Positions 12,771 to 26,580 are shown, numbered from the stretch's first letter. The stretch: 64,000 nucleotides of DNA from Octopus vulgaris (GCA_951406725.2 OX597821.1:113770001-113834000); one strand, 5' to 3'. The notes: generated by a model from the letters alone, not told the origin. Program-made: numbers and translations.

Positions 12771-14555
12771 GAACATTTTCTTACAACATTATACCAGCCA
12801 GTCTATTAATTAACTAACCCAGTCTATTAATTAAGATTTAGAATGTATTTCTTGATGTATAAACTGAACGAACTGGTTTGAAATCGATCCCATCCATTAA
12901 AAACTGTAAGCTGAGATGAAACGATAAATAATGTAATAAAATGTTGAAGAATTCAGTAAAAATGACTAATCTTTAATGCTCCTGTGTAGAGTTTGAGTTT
13001 CTGAAATTGTTGTATGTGTAGAATAATCAGTTAAAAGTTAATTTAAATATGATCAAATTGCAACGGCCTTCATTTTCTTTAATAAAATGAGTCAAAGAAA
13101 ACATTACTTAAAATAAAATATTCTAAGTACTACACACACAAAATATAATACTACATATAATGAATTATTTTAAATACTGTTCTCACATATTATATATATA
13201 TATATTATTGTGTCTGGAGGGAGTCATTCTGTTTTAATGTCCTATTAATTAACACGCTCACCAGTTCGATTTCCACTCATTTATTTATTCATTTTTTTCT
13301 ATACAAAATACAAAAAAAGGAAACACACACACACACACACACACACACAGAGACACACACACAGACACACAGACACACACACACACACGCACACACACAT
13401 ATATAAGAGTGAGTGGACAAACGAAAGAACAGCACTTAACACACTGACACGTGTATGGATCAAAACAGTTTGATTAAAATTCGTTGGTTTGTTTATAAAA
13501 AAATATTATTTATGCAGTATCAAGACAGTTTAAGTATATATTAACTTAAGATTCGCAAGGAGCCATGAAAGCGTCGATTTGTGAGTTCGATTCAGCTTGA
13601 AGTTAGCTCATCATTTTTCTGTCATTTGTTTATATTTAAAAATTGTCGCTTTAAATCGGAGAATAAATATTATTATAATATAAATCATATGCAGTTATTA
13701 TACAGTATATGTATATTGCTAAGGCATTGCTAGTTCCAATGAAGCTACAATATGTTACACAGGCACTCAACTATGAGTCCATTGTATCTAACGGAAACAG
13801 CTGTAAGCTAATGAAGTTCGTAAGATAATCTTTTATCCATGTGTCATCTCATTTTCTTTTATATATATATATATATATATAACGTAGAGTTGCATATTTA
13901 TTCACAATGCGCTAAGGTTGGTTCAGACACAAAATATGCAAATTGCTGTTGTGTATGTCAAAGGAGACAACTTTCTCTCTTCTGTGACACTAGTGCGTTC
14001 AACAGTCTCGGCTCATCAGAACTGAGGATTCTGGGACACCGGCATTTCGACATGCTGTGTTTCGCGAGCCAGGAGTACCTCGAATCTTTTAGTTTCGCCA
14101 GGCAGCAGCCATTTGCTTATAATTCCCGCGAATAAACTATTTGTTGATCGGTGATTATATCTGCTAAGCGACACAAGAATAAATACGCAGATATATTCCA
14201 CATACACAGACATCCCCACCACACACACATACACTCACACATACACACACACAAAAACACACACGACAGGCTTCTCTTAGTTTCCATCAACAAATCCACT
14301 AACAAGACTTTGGTCGACCCGAAGACACTTTCTCATGGTGCCATGCAGTGGGACTGAACTCGGAACCATTTAGTTGGGAAGCAAACTTCATACCACACAG
14401 TAGCGCCCATACATATACTATCGTCTATACTATATAATGGAGAAAGCTGGAATTATGTAACATTCACTAAAAGAAGGCAGTTATAAAAGTCTACTGTGTT
14501 TAGTTTTGTAAAAACAAAAGAGCTTATTTATAAACACTTACCTAACTCTACATTG

Positions 14556-14602
<47 letters not shown>

Positions 14603-14913
14603 TACTCCATTAGCAAGATTATTCAAGAAATTAAATTTACAAAATGTCTGACATAACTGCACGTAGCAATCAACAGTTATTATAAGATTAGCATAAATAA
14701 TAAAAAAAGAAAAGATTGTGTAAATGTCACAAGAATTAATATAGCTGCCCCCACTTTAGTCTTATCAAAATAATATGGATGACTGACATCATTAAATAAA
14801 TAAATATATATAAAAAAATAAATTCAACAAATGAGAAAGATATGACAAAGCTAAATTATGAAGCACGTAAAGTTAAAATGGAAGAAACCATACTGCTGTG
14901 ATTGTTTAAGAAA

Positions 14914-15010
14914 ATGAGATCATATCAACTTCCGGTAGCAAGGCATGCAGACGACATTATTGAAATAGTAACAAGCATGGCTGGAAGCATAACTTCAACG
15001 GAAATGAAAG
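14914..15010 (+). CDS. Candidate exon of an unidentified plus-strand gene (MRSYQLPVARHADDIIEIVTSMAGSITSTEMK...)
   Basis: Unique sequence with an open frame, second ATG in agcATGG context (14977) and a strong AAG|gtgagt donor at 15010/15011; no partner exon found. Confidence 0.35.
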
Positions 15011-15341
15011 GTGAGTGAGTTTTCAGATTCTCAAATTGGCTATTTTCAAGAATTGAAATAATATGTCATAATCTGTATATTGTAACGAAAATTTGATGAA
15101 TTAGTACTGGATTATTTCGATGAATATAATATTAATTGATAATAATACCACAGTAGATATATATGAACGACGTTAAACAGCTATAAGAAATTTCAACATC
15201 ACAGCATATTTTTACACTTATTTTCATATCTTTTACGCGTTCAAATTCATTTCTCTTCTTAGCTGTCAAATCTGCATAAACACACATGTTTATCTTCTAT
15301 ATGTTCACCAACGTAAATGCGAACATGAAATGCCTCGCGCG

Positions 15342-15431
<90 letters not shown>

Positions 15432-15809
15432 CGCACACGCATACACATACACACACGAACATGCACACACATACACGCACATAGACACATGTACACACGT
15501 ACACACACACGCACACACTCATACAAACACGCACACGCATACACACACACACACACACACGGACCCGCACACACATACACGCACGTAGACACATGTACAC
15601 ACGTGCCCACAAACGCACACACACACGCACGCACGTACATACATACATACATACATACATACATACATACATACATACATACATACATACATACATACAT
15701 ACATACATTAGCAGTGCTCCAGCATTGCCTCAGCCTCTGGCTGAAACCCGTAAAAGATTAAAAAAAAGTATATTTGTTTATATATCGGTAATAAATATTT
15801 ACCCAAATC

Positions 15810-16211
15810 GTGGCACTCCGTCGGTCACGACGACGAGGGTTCCAGTTGATCCAATCAACGGAACAGCCTGCTCAGGAAATTAATGTGCAATTGGCTGAGT
15901 ACTCCACAGACACGAGTACCTTTAACGTAGTCCTGGGGGAGATTCAGCGTGATACAGTGTGTGATAAGGCTGGCCCTTTAAAATACAGGTACAACAGAAA
16001 CAGGAAGAAAGAGTGAGAGAAAGAGTACAGCAGGGTTCGCCACCACCGCCTGTCGGTGCCTCGTGCAGCTTTAAGTGTTTTCGCTCAATAAACACTCATC
16101 GTCTGGGAATCGAAACCACGATCCCACGACTGCAGTCGGTCTGGGAATCGAAACCACGATCTCACGACTGCGAGTCCGCTGCTCTAACCACTGGGCCATT
16201 GCACTTCCACA
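15810..16211 (-). mobile_element. tRNA-derived SINE family C with an RTE-like tail
   Basis: Head tggcccagtggttagagc...ggtttcgattccc, tail ...gacggagtgccac; homologous copies at about 36795-37118 and 63884-64000. Confidence 0.75.
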
Positions 16212-16477
16212 CTTACCCAAATATGTGTAAATATTACTAAGTGATTGTGATGGAGAAAATGCTTTAATCAAAACTGATTGATTTTGAGATACAATAATCG
16301 ATAAAAAAAAAAAGATTGGTCAAGGGATTCTAACAAATGGAATCGATGACCATACTTCGAGGCCATTGAATATGGTGGATCAGTAATAAAATGGAAGATA
16401 TAAACACGAAATTTTTGTTTCTCTTTTCCTGTAAAAAATCGCGTTTTTCTGTTCGTTTTCTCTTCACATAAATACAG

Positions 16478-16870
16478 TGGCAGTGTGGTAAGTAAGTAGC
16501 TTGCTTACCAACCACATGGTTCTGGGTTCATTCCCACTGCGTGGAACCTTGGGCAAGTGTCTTCTACTATACCCTCGGGCCGACCAAAGCCTTGTCAGTG
16601 GATTTGGTAGACGGAAACTGAAAGAAGCCCGTCGTATATATGTATGTATATGTATGTGTGCGTATATGTTTGTGTCTGTGTTTGTCCCCTCAACGTCGCT
16701 TGACAACCGATGGTGGCGTGTTTACGTCCTGGTAACTTAGCGGTTCGGCATAAGAGACCGATAGAATTAGTACTAGGCTTCCAAAGAATAAGTCCTGGGG
16801 GTCGATTTGCTCTACTAAGGGCGGTGCTCCAGCATGGCCGCAGTCAAATGACTGAAACAAAAAAAAGAGT
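16478..16870 (+). mobile_element. tRNA-derived SINE family B, full-length copy
   Basis: tggcagtgtgg A box, ggttcattccc B box, internal microsatellite, tail ...gcagtcaaatgactgaaacaa; further copies at about 690-910, 16960-17170, 18205-18637, 18900-19175, 27660-28125, 28400-28935, 31380-31785, 34490-34955 and 37135-37603. Confidence 0.85.
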
Positions 16871-17188
16871 AAATGCATGTACATACACACACACGCACAC
16901 ATACACACTCACACTTATACATATATCTCTATGCATGTGTGTATACCCTTTTTCTTTACTCTTTTACTGGTTTCTGCCATTTGACTGCGGCCATGCTGGA
17001 GCACCGCCTTTATCCGAGCACATCGACCCCAGAACATATTCTTTAGAAGCCTAGTACTTATTCTATCGGTCTCTTTTGCCGAACCGCTAAGTTACGGGGA
17101 CATAAACACACCAGCATCGTTGTCAAGCGATGTTGTGGGGGGACAAACACAGACACACAAACGCATACATACACAGATACATATACAT

Positions 17189-17234
<46 letters not shown>

Positions 17235-17449
17235 TGTTATATTTCGGAATGGTCATTTTGCCAGTTTAGCCAATAAAAACACACGCACTATATATTTGGT
17301 GTTACTTTGCTTCAGTGTTATTTATTTTTTACATTAATCTTAATCTTATTTCGGCCAGAGTTCTTTCGTCACACTCCTGTGACCGCATCAGTGGTCCTTT
17401 GTTTTCTTCTTTCTTATTTATGTCTCTCCTTACTAACCGAAATATAACA
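17235..17449. mobile_element. 215-bp solo-LTR-like or TIR element carrying an HHR motif
   Basis: 13-bp perfect terminal inverted repeat TGTTATATTTCGG/CCGAAATATAACA, ATAT on both sides, AATAAA inside. Confidence 0.6.
17355..17394 (-). ncRNA. Hammerhead-like motif within a TG...CA element
   Basis: CCA-CUGAUGC-G-GUCACA-GGAG-UGUGAC-GAAA-GAAC-UC-UGG; A9 replaced by C. Confidence 0.55.
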
Positions 17450-17506
17450 ATATCTGTTTCAACACACGACTTCACATAAAAAATCTTGCATAACAAATAT
17501 TTAAAC

Positions 17507-17551
<45 letters not shown>

Positions 17552-17566
17552 TATATATAAACATAT

Positions 17567-17619
<53 letters not shown>

Positions 17620-17955
17620 TATCTATGCATCAGAGGCGTAGCCAGGTTCTAAAGTTAGTGGAAGAGAGAGAGAGCACATAAAAAAAGGCGAAGTGATACA
17701 TACCAAACAGTTTTAACTCATTTCTCTTATATTACACGAAATATTTCATTAGTTAAAATATATGTAATTGTATTCTACATTCACTAATTTCCTGTATCAC
17801 TAACAATGTTATTTTGTATGAAAGTTAAACACATTGATGTAGGTAAGTAAAGAGTTAAAAAAAAATTGTTGAAAAGGCATCAATTTTGAAAAATGTGTTC
17901 GTGGGAGAGTGGTCGCTCGCCTTGCTCTCCTATTAGCTACGACACTGCAATACGG

Positions 17956-18204
<249 letters not shown>

Positions 18205-18446
18205 TCTTTTATTTGTCTCGGTCATTTGACTGTGGCCATGCTAAAGCACCGACTTTAGTCGAACAAATCGACGCCAGGACTTATTCATGGTAAGCCTAGT
18301 ACTTATTCTATGGGTCTGTTTTGCCGAATCGCTAAGTTACGAGAACGTAAACACACCAACATCGGTTGTCAAGCGATGTTGGTAGGGGGACAGGCACAGA
18401 CACACAACCATATATATACATATATGTGTGTGTATATATATATATA

Positions 18447-18486
<40 letters not shown>

Positions 18487-18636
18487 CACGACGGGCTTCT
18501 TTCAGTTTCCGTGTACCAAATCCACTCACAAGGCTTTGGTCGGCCCGAGGCTATAGTAGAATACATTTGCCCAAGGGACTGAATTCGGAACCATGTGGTT
18601 GGTAATTAAGCTACTTACCACACGGCCACTCCTGCG

Positions 18637-18687
<51 letters not shown>

Positions 18688-18688
18688 T

Positions 18689-18820
18689 AATAAAGTAGCA
18701 AGGGCGAAAGAAACGACCTCTCCCAACATGCTTAAAAATGCCGAGGAATTAAGATACTACCTCGGCATTTTCAAGCATGTTGGAGTGAGGTGGGTTTTTT
18801 CGCCCTTGCCTCCTTGATAT
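18689..18820. repeat. About 130-bp palindromic hairpin MITE in a (TA)n tract
   Basis: gcaagggcgaaa...aatgccgagg / cctcggcatt...tttcgcccttgc with a 13-nt loop. Confidence 0.85.
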
Positions 18821-18835
18821 ATATATAATATATAT

Positions 18836-18900
<65 letters not shown>

Positions 18901-19236
18901 TAGCGGTCTCTTTTGCCGAACCCTAAGTTATGGAGACGTAAACACACCAACATAGGTTGTCAAGCGATGGTAGGGGGACAAACACAGACCCACAAAGATA
19001 TGCATATATATATATAATGCATATGCGACGGGCTTCTTTCAGTTTTTGTCTACCAAATCCACTCACAAGGCTTTGGTCAGCGTGAGGCTATAGTAGAAGA
19101 CATTTGCCGAAGGTGCCACGTAGTGGGACAGAACCCAGAACCATGTGGTTAGTAAGCAAGCTACTTACCACACATCCTACATGCATACATATACACGTAT
19201 GAATATATATATATGTGTGCGTGCTTACACACACAC

Positions 19237-19275
<39 letters not shown>

Positions 19276-19679
19276 CATATATATGTATGTGGATGCGACC
19301 AGAAAAAAATAGAAGTGGCTCTGTGGTAAGAAGTACCCAACCACATGGTTCTTTGGGAAAGTGTCTTCTAGCCTCAAGTCGACCGAAGCCTTGTGAGTGG
19401 TTTTAGTATACGGATACTGAAAGAAGGACATTGTGTGTGTATATATGTATGTCTGTGTATATATATATATATATATATATGTCAGATTAAGCAGCCGAAA
19501 TTGCGAGGATGATCCGGTTCTTGACTGAAGATTGAAGGCTTCGAATGTCCCGTCCGTGTTTTTTGTATCGTCTTCTAAATGTTTTGCGTTCTTGTCTCAG
19601 TTTGTATTTTATACACACAGACACACACACACAAACACACACACACACACACACAGAGACACACACACACACACACACA

Positions 19680-19748
<69 letters not shown>

Positions 19749-20320
19749 GTATATATATGTATATATATGTATGTATGTATATATGTATATATGTAAATAT
19801 ATATGCATATATGTATACATGTATATGGTATATATATACAGATATATGAATGTTTATGTCTATATATACGTGTGTGTGTGTGTGAGTGTTTGTGTATCAT
19901 CCCTGTCTTGACAAATCCATTCACTTCCTGTATGTAAATGGATTTATAATAGGGAAAAAAAAAACGACAAAAGCCAAACTTTATAAACTCAATTCTAGGT
20001 TCGGAATCAGGTTTTGTTTTCCTATTTTATGTATGTTTCATGGTATATAATAATCGTATTTATTTTCAAAAAATTGCTCTAAATAATTAAACAGAAATCT
20101 GATAACGTAAATGTTTGGTGGAAAACACAATAAAATGCTTGATAGGAAATTGTAAATTCGCATTGGGTGACGTTATTGCGTATAAACTGATCCCAGATAT
20201 GATCTTCCCACGTTTAACGTTTGGGAATATTTATTTACAAATGTGTCATTCTGCGGGACTTCAGCCGTGCGTGTATAAGCAAACATAATTGACTTACACA
20301 CTGATGCACGCGCGCGCAAT

Positions 20321-20373
<53 letters not shown>

Positions 20374-20819
20374 AAACACACAAACACGCACACACGCCCG
20401 CCCGCCCGCACAGAAATATATAATAAACACAGACTGGAAGCAAGAAACTACACAACGCATATAATAAATACACGTATAACTATATATATGCATAGATAGA
20501 TAGATAGATAGATAGATAGCTGTAAAATAAAATGATACATGGCTGCATGGAGATTAACAGACACAGGCACACAGACACGATACACACACACACACACACA
20601 CACACTCACGTATATATATATATATGAATATGTTTATGTGTAACCGGCCAAAACTGTAAGGATAATCTGGAAACGTAACTGAGGAGAGAAGGCCACGAAT
20701 GACCCGTCCTTGTTTTTTTACTGTCCGTTTTTCTATCGTTTATCTGTCCAGATGTTTTATTGTCATCTGTTGCATTCTTGTTCCATTTTTGGTACACACA
20801 CACATCACACACACGCACA

Positions 20820-20870
<51 letters not shown>

Positions 20871-20894
20871 CACACACACACATATATATAAAAC

Positions 20895-21102
20895 AGGAAG
20901 TCGCGACTAGAGAAAAGTGCACTCAGTGAAAGGAAAATCCCAGTTGCACCGGCAGAGAGTTCCGTCAAACGCAGTCGCTGCATGCTTAACTTCCACTCCT
21001 GCGGGGGAGTCTACACCCACAACAGACACTGCACCACCGTCAGCAGCTGACACAATTTTCTTCGGGCGCAGATCCATGGCCCCTCGAGACCGATGGATGT
21101 CT

Positions 21103-21105
<3 letters not shown>
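20895..21105 (+). mobile_element. RTE (BovB-like) LINE 3' end
   Basis: Frame [20 protein letters not shown] resembles the RTE C-terminal C2H2 motif; tail ggcgcagatccatggcccctcgagaccgatggatg. Confidence 0.6.
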
Positions 21106-21164
<59 letters not shown>

Positions 21165-21221
21165 TGAATATTATATGTATATGTATAGATAAGTATGCAT
21201 ACATGTATAAATATTTAAATA

Positions 21222-21283
<62 letters not shown>

Positions 21284-21284
21284 A

Positions 21285-21336
<52 letters not shown>

Positions 21337-21337
<1 letters not shown>

Positions 21338-21604
21338 CAGAAAACAGAAACAATTCCTATCATAGTAGGTGCATTAGGCATGATAAAAAATATTCAGACA
21401 AATACATAACAAAAACACCAGGACTTACAAACACATATAACATACAGAAAATTGCACTACTGGGCACTGCACACATCCTACGCAGAACACTTTCCATACA
21501 ATAACCATCAGAGCATCACAACAAATCACAGCACATACCCAAGGCACACAGAGCTGTGCTCGGTAGTGAAGTGAAAGCACGCTATAAAAATAAAAATAAA
21601 ACTA

Positions 21605-21608
<4 letters not shown>
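21337..21608 (+). mobile_element. Dong-type LINE 3' end, same subfamily as 4427-5418
   Basis: [16 protein letters not shown]...IQKIALLGTAHILRRTLSIQ plus a 3' UTR nearly identical to 4427-4522; (TAA)n on both sides. Confidence 0.85.
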
Positions 21609-21644
<36 letters not shown>

Positions 21645-21900
21645 GCGCCCTTTTAAAGCCTAGCCAGACTCATGGGTCTGGTTTCCCGGTTTCTATGGCG
21701 TATGTGTTTACCAGCTGGACGGGACGCCAGTCCATCGAAGCGCTACTCATTTTTTCCAGCTGAGTGAACTGGAACAATGTGAAATGAAGTGTTTTGCTCA
21801 AGAACACAACGCGTCGCCCGGTAGAGGAATCAAAACCACAATCTTACGTCATGGTGCTGACACCCTAACCACTAAGCCACGCGCCTCCACACACACACAC

Positions 21901-22032
<132 letters not shown>

Positions 22033-22614
22033 GTATGTATATATAGACATATATGTGGATTCACACATGCTTGCTTAGATTTATGCACTTATACGTAGAT
22101 ATATGTATAAACCTGTGTGTATATTAGTCGAAAGAGTAATCAGAAACGTAGTTCCCACCCCCGAAGATATCACAGCAACTCTAACGAAATTATGTACATT
22201 TGAAGAACTCCACCGAGATTTACTCCGCATGCAGACATATGCCTTGTATTTTGGTACAAGGATCCTGTGTGTATCAGCATTCCTTAAGACTAGCTTGTGT
22301 GAATTATTAGCCAGTTCATGGAACCGTTAAACTATCAAACACAGAGCGAGAGACAGACCACACTAGGCTTAGCTTTGTCAAGGGAAAATGACGGTTGATA
22401 CTGTTTTGGAAGCTAACACATGCGTTCGTACGCACATACATACACACATACACACACACACACACATACATACATACATACATACATACATACATACATA
22501 CATACATACATACATACATACACACATTCATACATATTATGTACATGTATATATATGTATTTGTCTATATATGCATATGTATGTATCTGAATGTTTATGT
22601 ACATATGTATCAGG

Positions 22615-22652
<38 letters not shown>

Positions 22653-22682
22653 AATGAATACACAAATGTGTAAACAAATAAG

Positions 22683-22736
<54 letters not shown>

Positions 22737-25617
22737 TATAAATGTACACACACATAAGTTTAGATATATGTGTGTGAGTGAGTATAATATATGTATACAT
22801 AGACTTACACACATAGACATATATATATGTAAATACGCAAACGCGCCTACACACACACACACATGCTTAGATATACATGAAGACATACGCAATAACATAT
22901 ACAGACCCTCGCACGCGCACACAACCAAGCGTGTTAACCCGGAACATTGATCGTAACCCAAAGTGACAAACAGCAACATAATCTTGTAAAATGTCTTAGT
23001 GATATATTCGATGTTGATATCCAATATCAATTATAATCTTGAAAAGTACACAAATATATAAATGGACAAATAACTAGATAAATGAAATAAATATCCCACG
23101 AAACAACCTATTTGTCAGAACTAATTCCGTTTATCAAAATTTTGCTTACGAAGGAGGAACCTCACCGGCCGTGGGTAAAATTTTCCTGGCATCAAATGTT
23201 GAAACCATCCTCAACTAAACGGAGCTAAAATGACAAACGTCAGTATGGCGAAGGTCGTGTAACATCGTCCTCAACGTTTTAGACTTCGTGGCTCACTGGA
23301 GATGAAATATACAGTCCTGTCGCAATAAATACGGAGAGCAAAATATGCCTGGTGCACTTTGAATGGAGATTGTATAAATGTCTTTTGCTCAAGAGCATAG
23401 CAGAAAACACTTAGAAAACCATTATTTGTCCCATGATCAGGTTCTATAAAAGAGGGCCTCAATCGATATATTTGTTTGGGGCTCGGAGAACCAAAGAGGA
23501 GCACGTGACTATCTGCCGGGCTCCTCCTTAAAAAAGAAGTCTTACAGGCTTTTAAATTTCTGAGAGAATCGCGTTCCGCTTTGCCAAATTTTCCTCGGCG
23601 ACCTTTAACGTGCCTAATAAAATTACAAATATGTTTTTAAAACACTGAAAATTTGATATGGATTTCCTAAACCATTAATATTATGTAAATATTTTTAAAA
23701 TCCTTGTCTCACCGTTTGAAAACCCTGGTCTAAATCTTTAAAAATAAAAATAAAAATTAATGTCTGTTGGTACTTATGAATTTGGGAAATTCAAGAAAAA
23801 TAGTCTTTTTTTTATAGTATAAATGCACTCCTCTTTAGTGCTTCTGTACGTCCAATTCGGCTGTGAAACTAAAATGGTTCCCCACTTCTGCTGCACATAT
23901 TTGAATAACATTCAAATAAACGACTTAAAAGACCATCATATTAACATTTGTCGGTGATGTATATTTTAACTATTCTCCGCTTGCCACCAGACATGAATGA
24001 AAACTTCAATACACATCACCCACAATGTCGTTTTCGATCGGCAAATAACAAAATGGCGGCCGCGGTGTCAGAAAGACGACAATTCTCTTCTACTGACAAA
24101 AATAATCACTCAGTGGAGGATTTATATAGTTTCTTTTAGGAACAAGTAGTGTGCCACAGACACCGTTAACATAAGCCCAAATGTATTTTGCAGCGCCAAA
24201 ATAAAAAAAAACAACATATTTATATGTATGCTTATATAAACATGTAGCATTCGTTTATTATTTTATTTTTAGTCAAAAGACTGTGGACGTGTTTGAGTAT
24301 TGCCTTTAAGGGTAGAGGAACACTCCGTATTTATTACATAAGAATACATCGACCCGGTATTTGTGTAGACTGGCACTTATTTTGTCGATATTGGAATGTA
24401 AACATGAAGTTGACATAAGCGTGGTTTGAATTCAAAACATATACAGCTAATCAAACACCGAGGGGGTTTCTACGTAATGTAAAAATAAGAGGGCCACGAT
24501 TAAAATCAAAATCAGTTTTAAGGATTTAGGAAGTCCATACAACATGTTTTGGGTGTGTTTTTAAAATATGTCATTCATAATTTTGTTCGAAACGTTGAAG
24601 GTCTCCGAGGGAAATTTGGCAAGATAGAACCCTATGACTCCGAGCCCCGGAAGGTTGAAGACCCACTCAGAGTTCTAGTGGCTGTAGAATTTTTTAGGCA
24701 GGGGTGCGACAGATAGTCACGTGCCTCTATTTGGCTCTCCGACTCCAGACTGATGTCCTAGTTGAAGCTTTCTCTTATAAGATTTGATTGCGTCAGTAAT
24801 TAAAGCAATAATGTCGTAACTAGTTAAAAGTGTATCTGAAACAAAAGGTGGGTGGATGTAGTGACGGTGGGAATATGCTCAATCAGGGCTGAGCTTCTAA
24901 ACAACACTGACACGTATTTCGTCTGGCACTCTTTTAAATCTGTTGTTCAACGCCATATTTAATCATGTTTTACAACATACACTGTATTTCTGAAATATCA
25001 TCACAAGGCACAACTCTTTAGAATGACACTCGAGAATTAGACAAAATTTATCTTATTCCTTATAAATGAAAAATAACAAAGCGATAATCTGTCCACTTTT
25101 CGCGGAATGATTGATTAGTATTTTAGTTTATTTAATCTTAAACTCACTCGGGGACTATAACAGTGACTATGTCACTCTTGAAATGTTATAGGACTCCACA
25201 TTCGTGTATGAGATATTTATAATCGCATGTTATTAATAGAGAATTCATATCGTTTACTATATTATATTTCGCAAACGACACAACGGTCCTGAAATAATCA
25301 GAAAATCAATCGTATGATAGCAATATGATAAACGGCAAAACCATTATTTACGCTTGTCTGCTCTCATAGTTTTTGCTCTTAAACATTATTCATTGGACAA
25401 AAAATGGGCCAATAAAGAAGTCTCTATGTCAGAGCTTTCCAAACTTTTCATTTTGACAACATATTCTTCAAAAAAAGTTTTCTAATTAATTAAATATCGT
25501 ATCATGTGTCACAAGTCACGTGTCTAATTGTACTCAGAACCATCATTTCTCATATATAGTTCAGAGCCAAAATATTTGTAAAAAAAAAAATTGTTTGCAA
25601 CACAGTCAAAATTTATC

Positions 25618-25752
25618 GGTAAAATCCAGGCTACGCTACATCCGTTTCCTAGTTAGCAGACGCTCGGAAGTAAACATTACTCAACGTTGAGTAGTTAATA
25701 CTTTCGAGGATCTGCTAGCTAGGAAACATGTATACGTAGCCTGGATTTTACC
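25618..25752. repeat. 135-bp spacerless imperfect palindrome
   Basis: ggtaaaatccaggctacg...tactcaac|gttgagta...cgtagcctggattttacc. Confidence 0.85.
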
Positions 25753-26015
25753 CTGCTCTGCTCCCTCAATTTGGACTATATATATATTTCTTTATTGCCC
25801 ACAAGGGGCTAAACATAGAGGGGACAAACAAGGACAGACAAAGGGATTAGGTCGATTACATCGGCCCCAGTGCGAAACTGGTACTTTATTTATCGACCCC
25901 GAAAGGATGAAAGACAAAGTCGACCTCGGCGGAATTTGAATTCAGAACTTAGCGACAGACGAAATGTCGCAAAACATTTTGTCCGGCGTGCTAACGATTC
26001 TGCCAGCTCACCGCC

Positions 26016-26081
<66 letters not shown>

Positions 26082-26211
26082 TGTTCTGATGCTGTACCAG
26101 GCAGTGGCTCTCATGGCTTCTGATCTTAACTGATTGGGAGTCTTATCATGTACATTGTTTTGTCTTTGTATAATACAGCAAATACAGTATAATACAGTAA
26201 ATTATTATATA

Positions 26212-26504
26212 TCTTTATATATAAAATTGAAGTTGTGTGTGTGAGACTCTGTCTCCTCCGATTTAGATTCCTAACTACTCCCACATTTTGCGGTGCAGTT
26301 TAACCAAAAGCGGGTATCTTATAGTCGTCATTCATATCGAGTCCTTCTGGGTATTAGCGCGCGTCTACGATTTAAAAAAAAATTGCCAACATTTTTCCGC
26401 ATTTTTAATGATTTTTGCTCGGGTTATATAAGGGAAGTAAATCTCTAAAATGCTTATATAGTTATTTCCCTTACAAACCCGAGCAACGCCGGGCGATACT
26501 GCTA

Positions 26505-26505
<1 letters not shown>
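26212..26505 (+). mobile_element. Non-autonomous Helitron (short copy)
   Basis: A|TC 5' end, 3' hairpin cccgagcaacgccggg, CTAG|T end. Confidence 0.8.

Positions 26506-26580
<75 letters not shown>

Noticed and set aside
14000-14100. Permuted (type II) hammerhead on the minus strand: CTCGC-GAAAC-ACAGCAT-GTC...CTGATGA-GCCGAG
   Set aside because: Stems II and III are plausible but stem I has only about 2 pairs; single copy; the CpG-rich island remains unexplained
19490-19610. CTGAAGA...CGAATG motif, with a related copy at about 20650-20790
   Set aside because: A small repeat family, but it lacks GAAA and a proper stem II, so it is not called a ribozyme
20907-21192. GC-rich ORFs as host exons
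   Set aside because: Better explained as an RTE LINE 3' end (C-terminal zinc-finger remnant plus typical tail)
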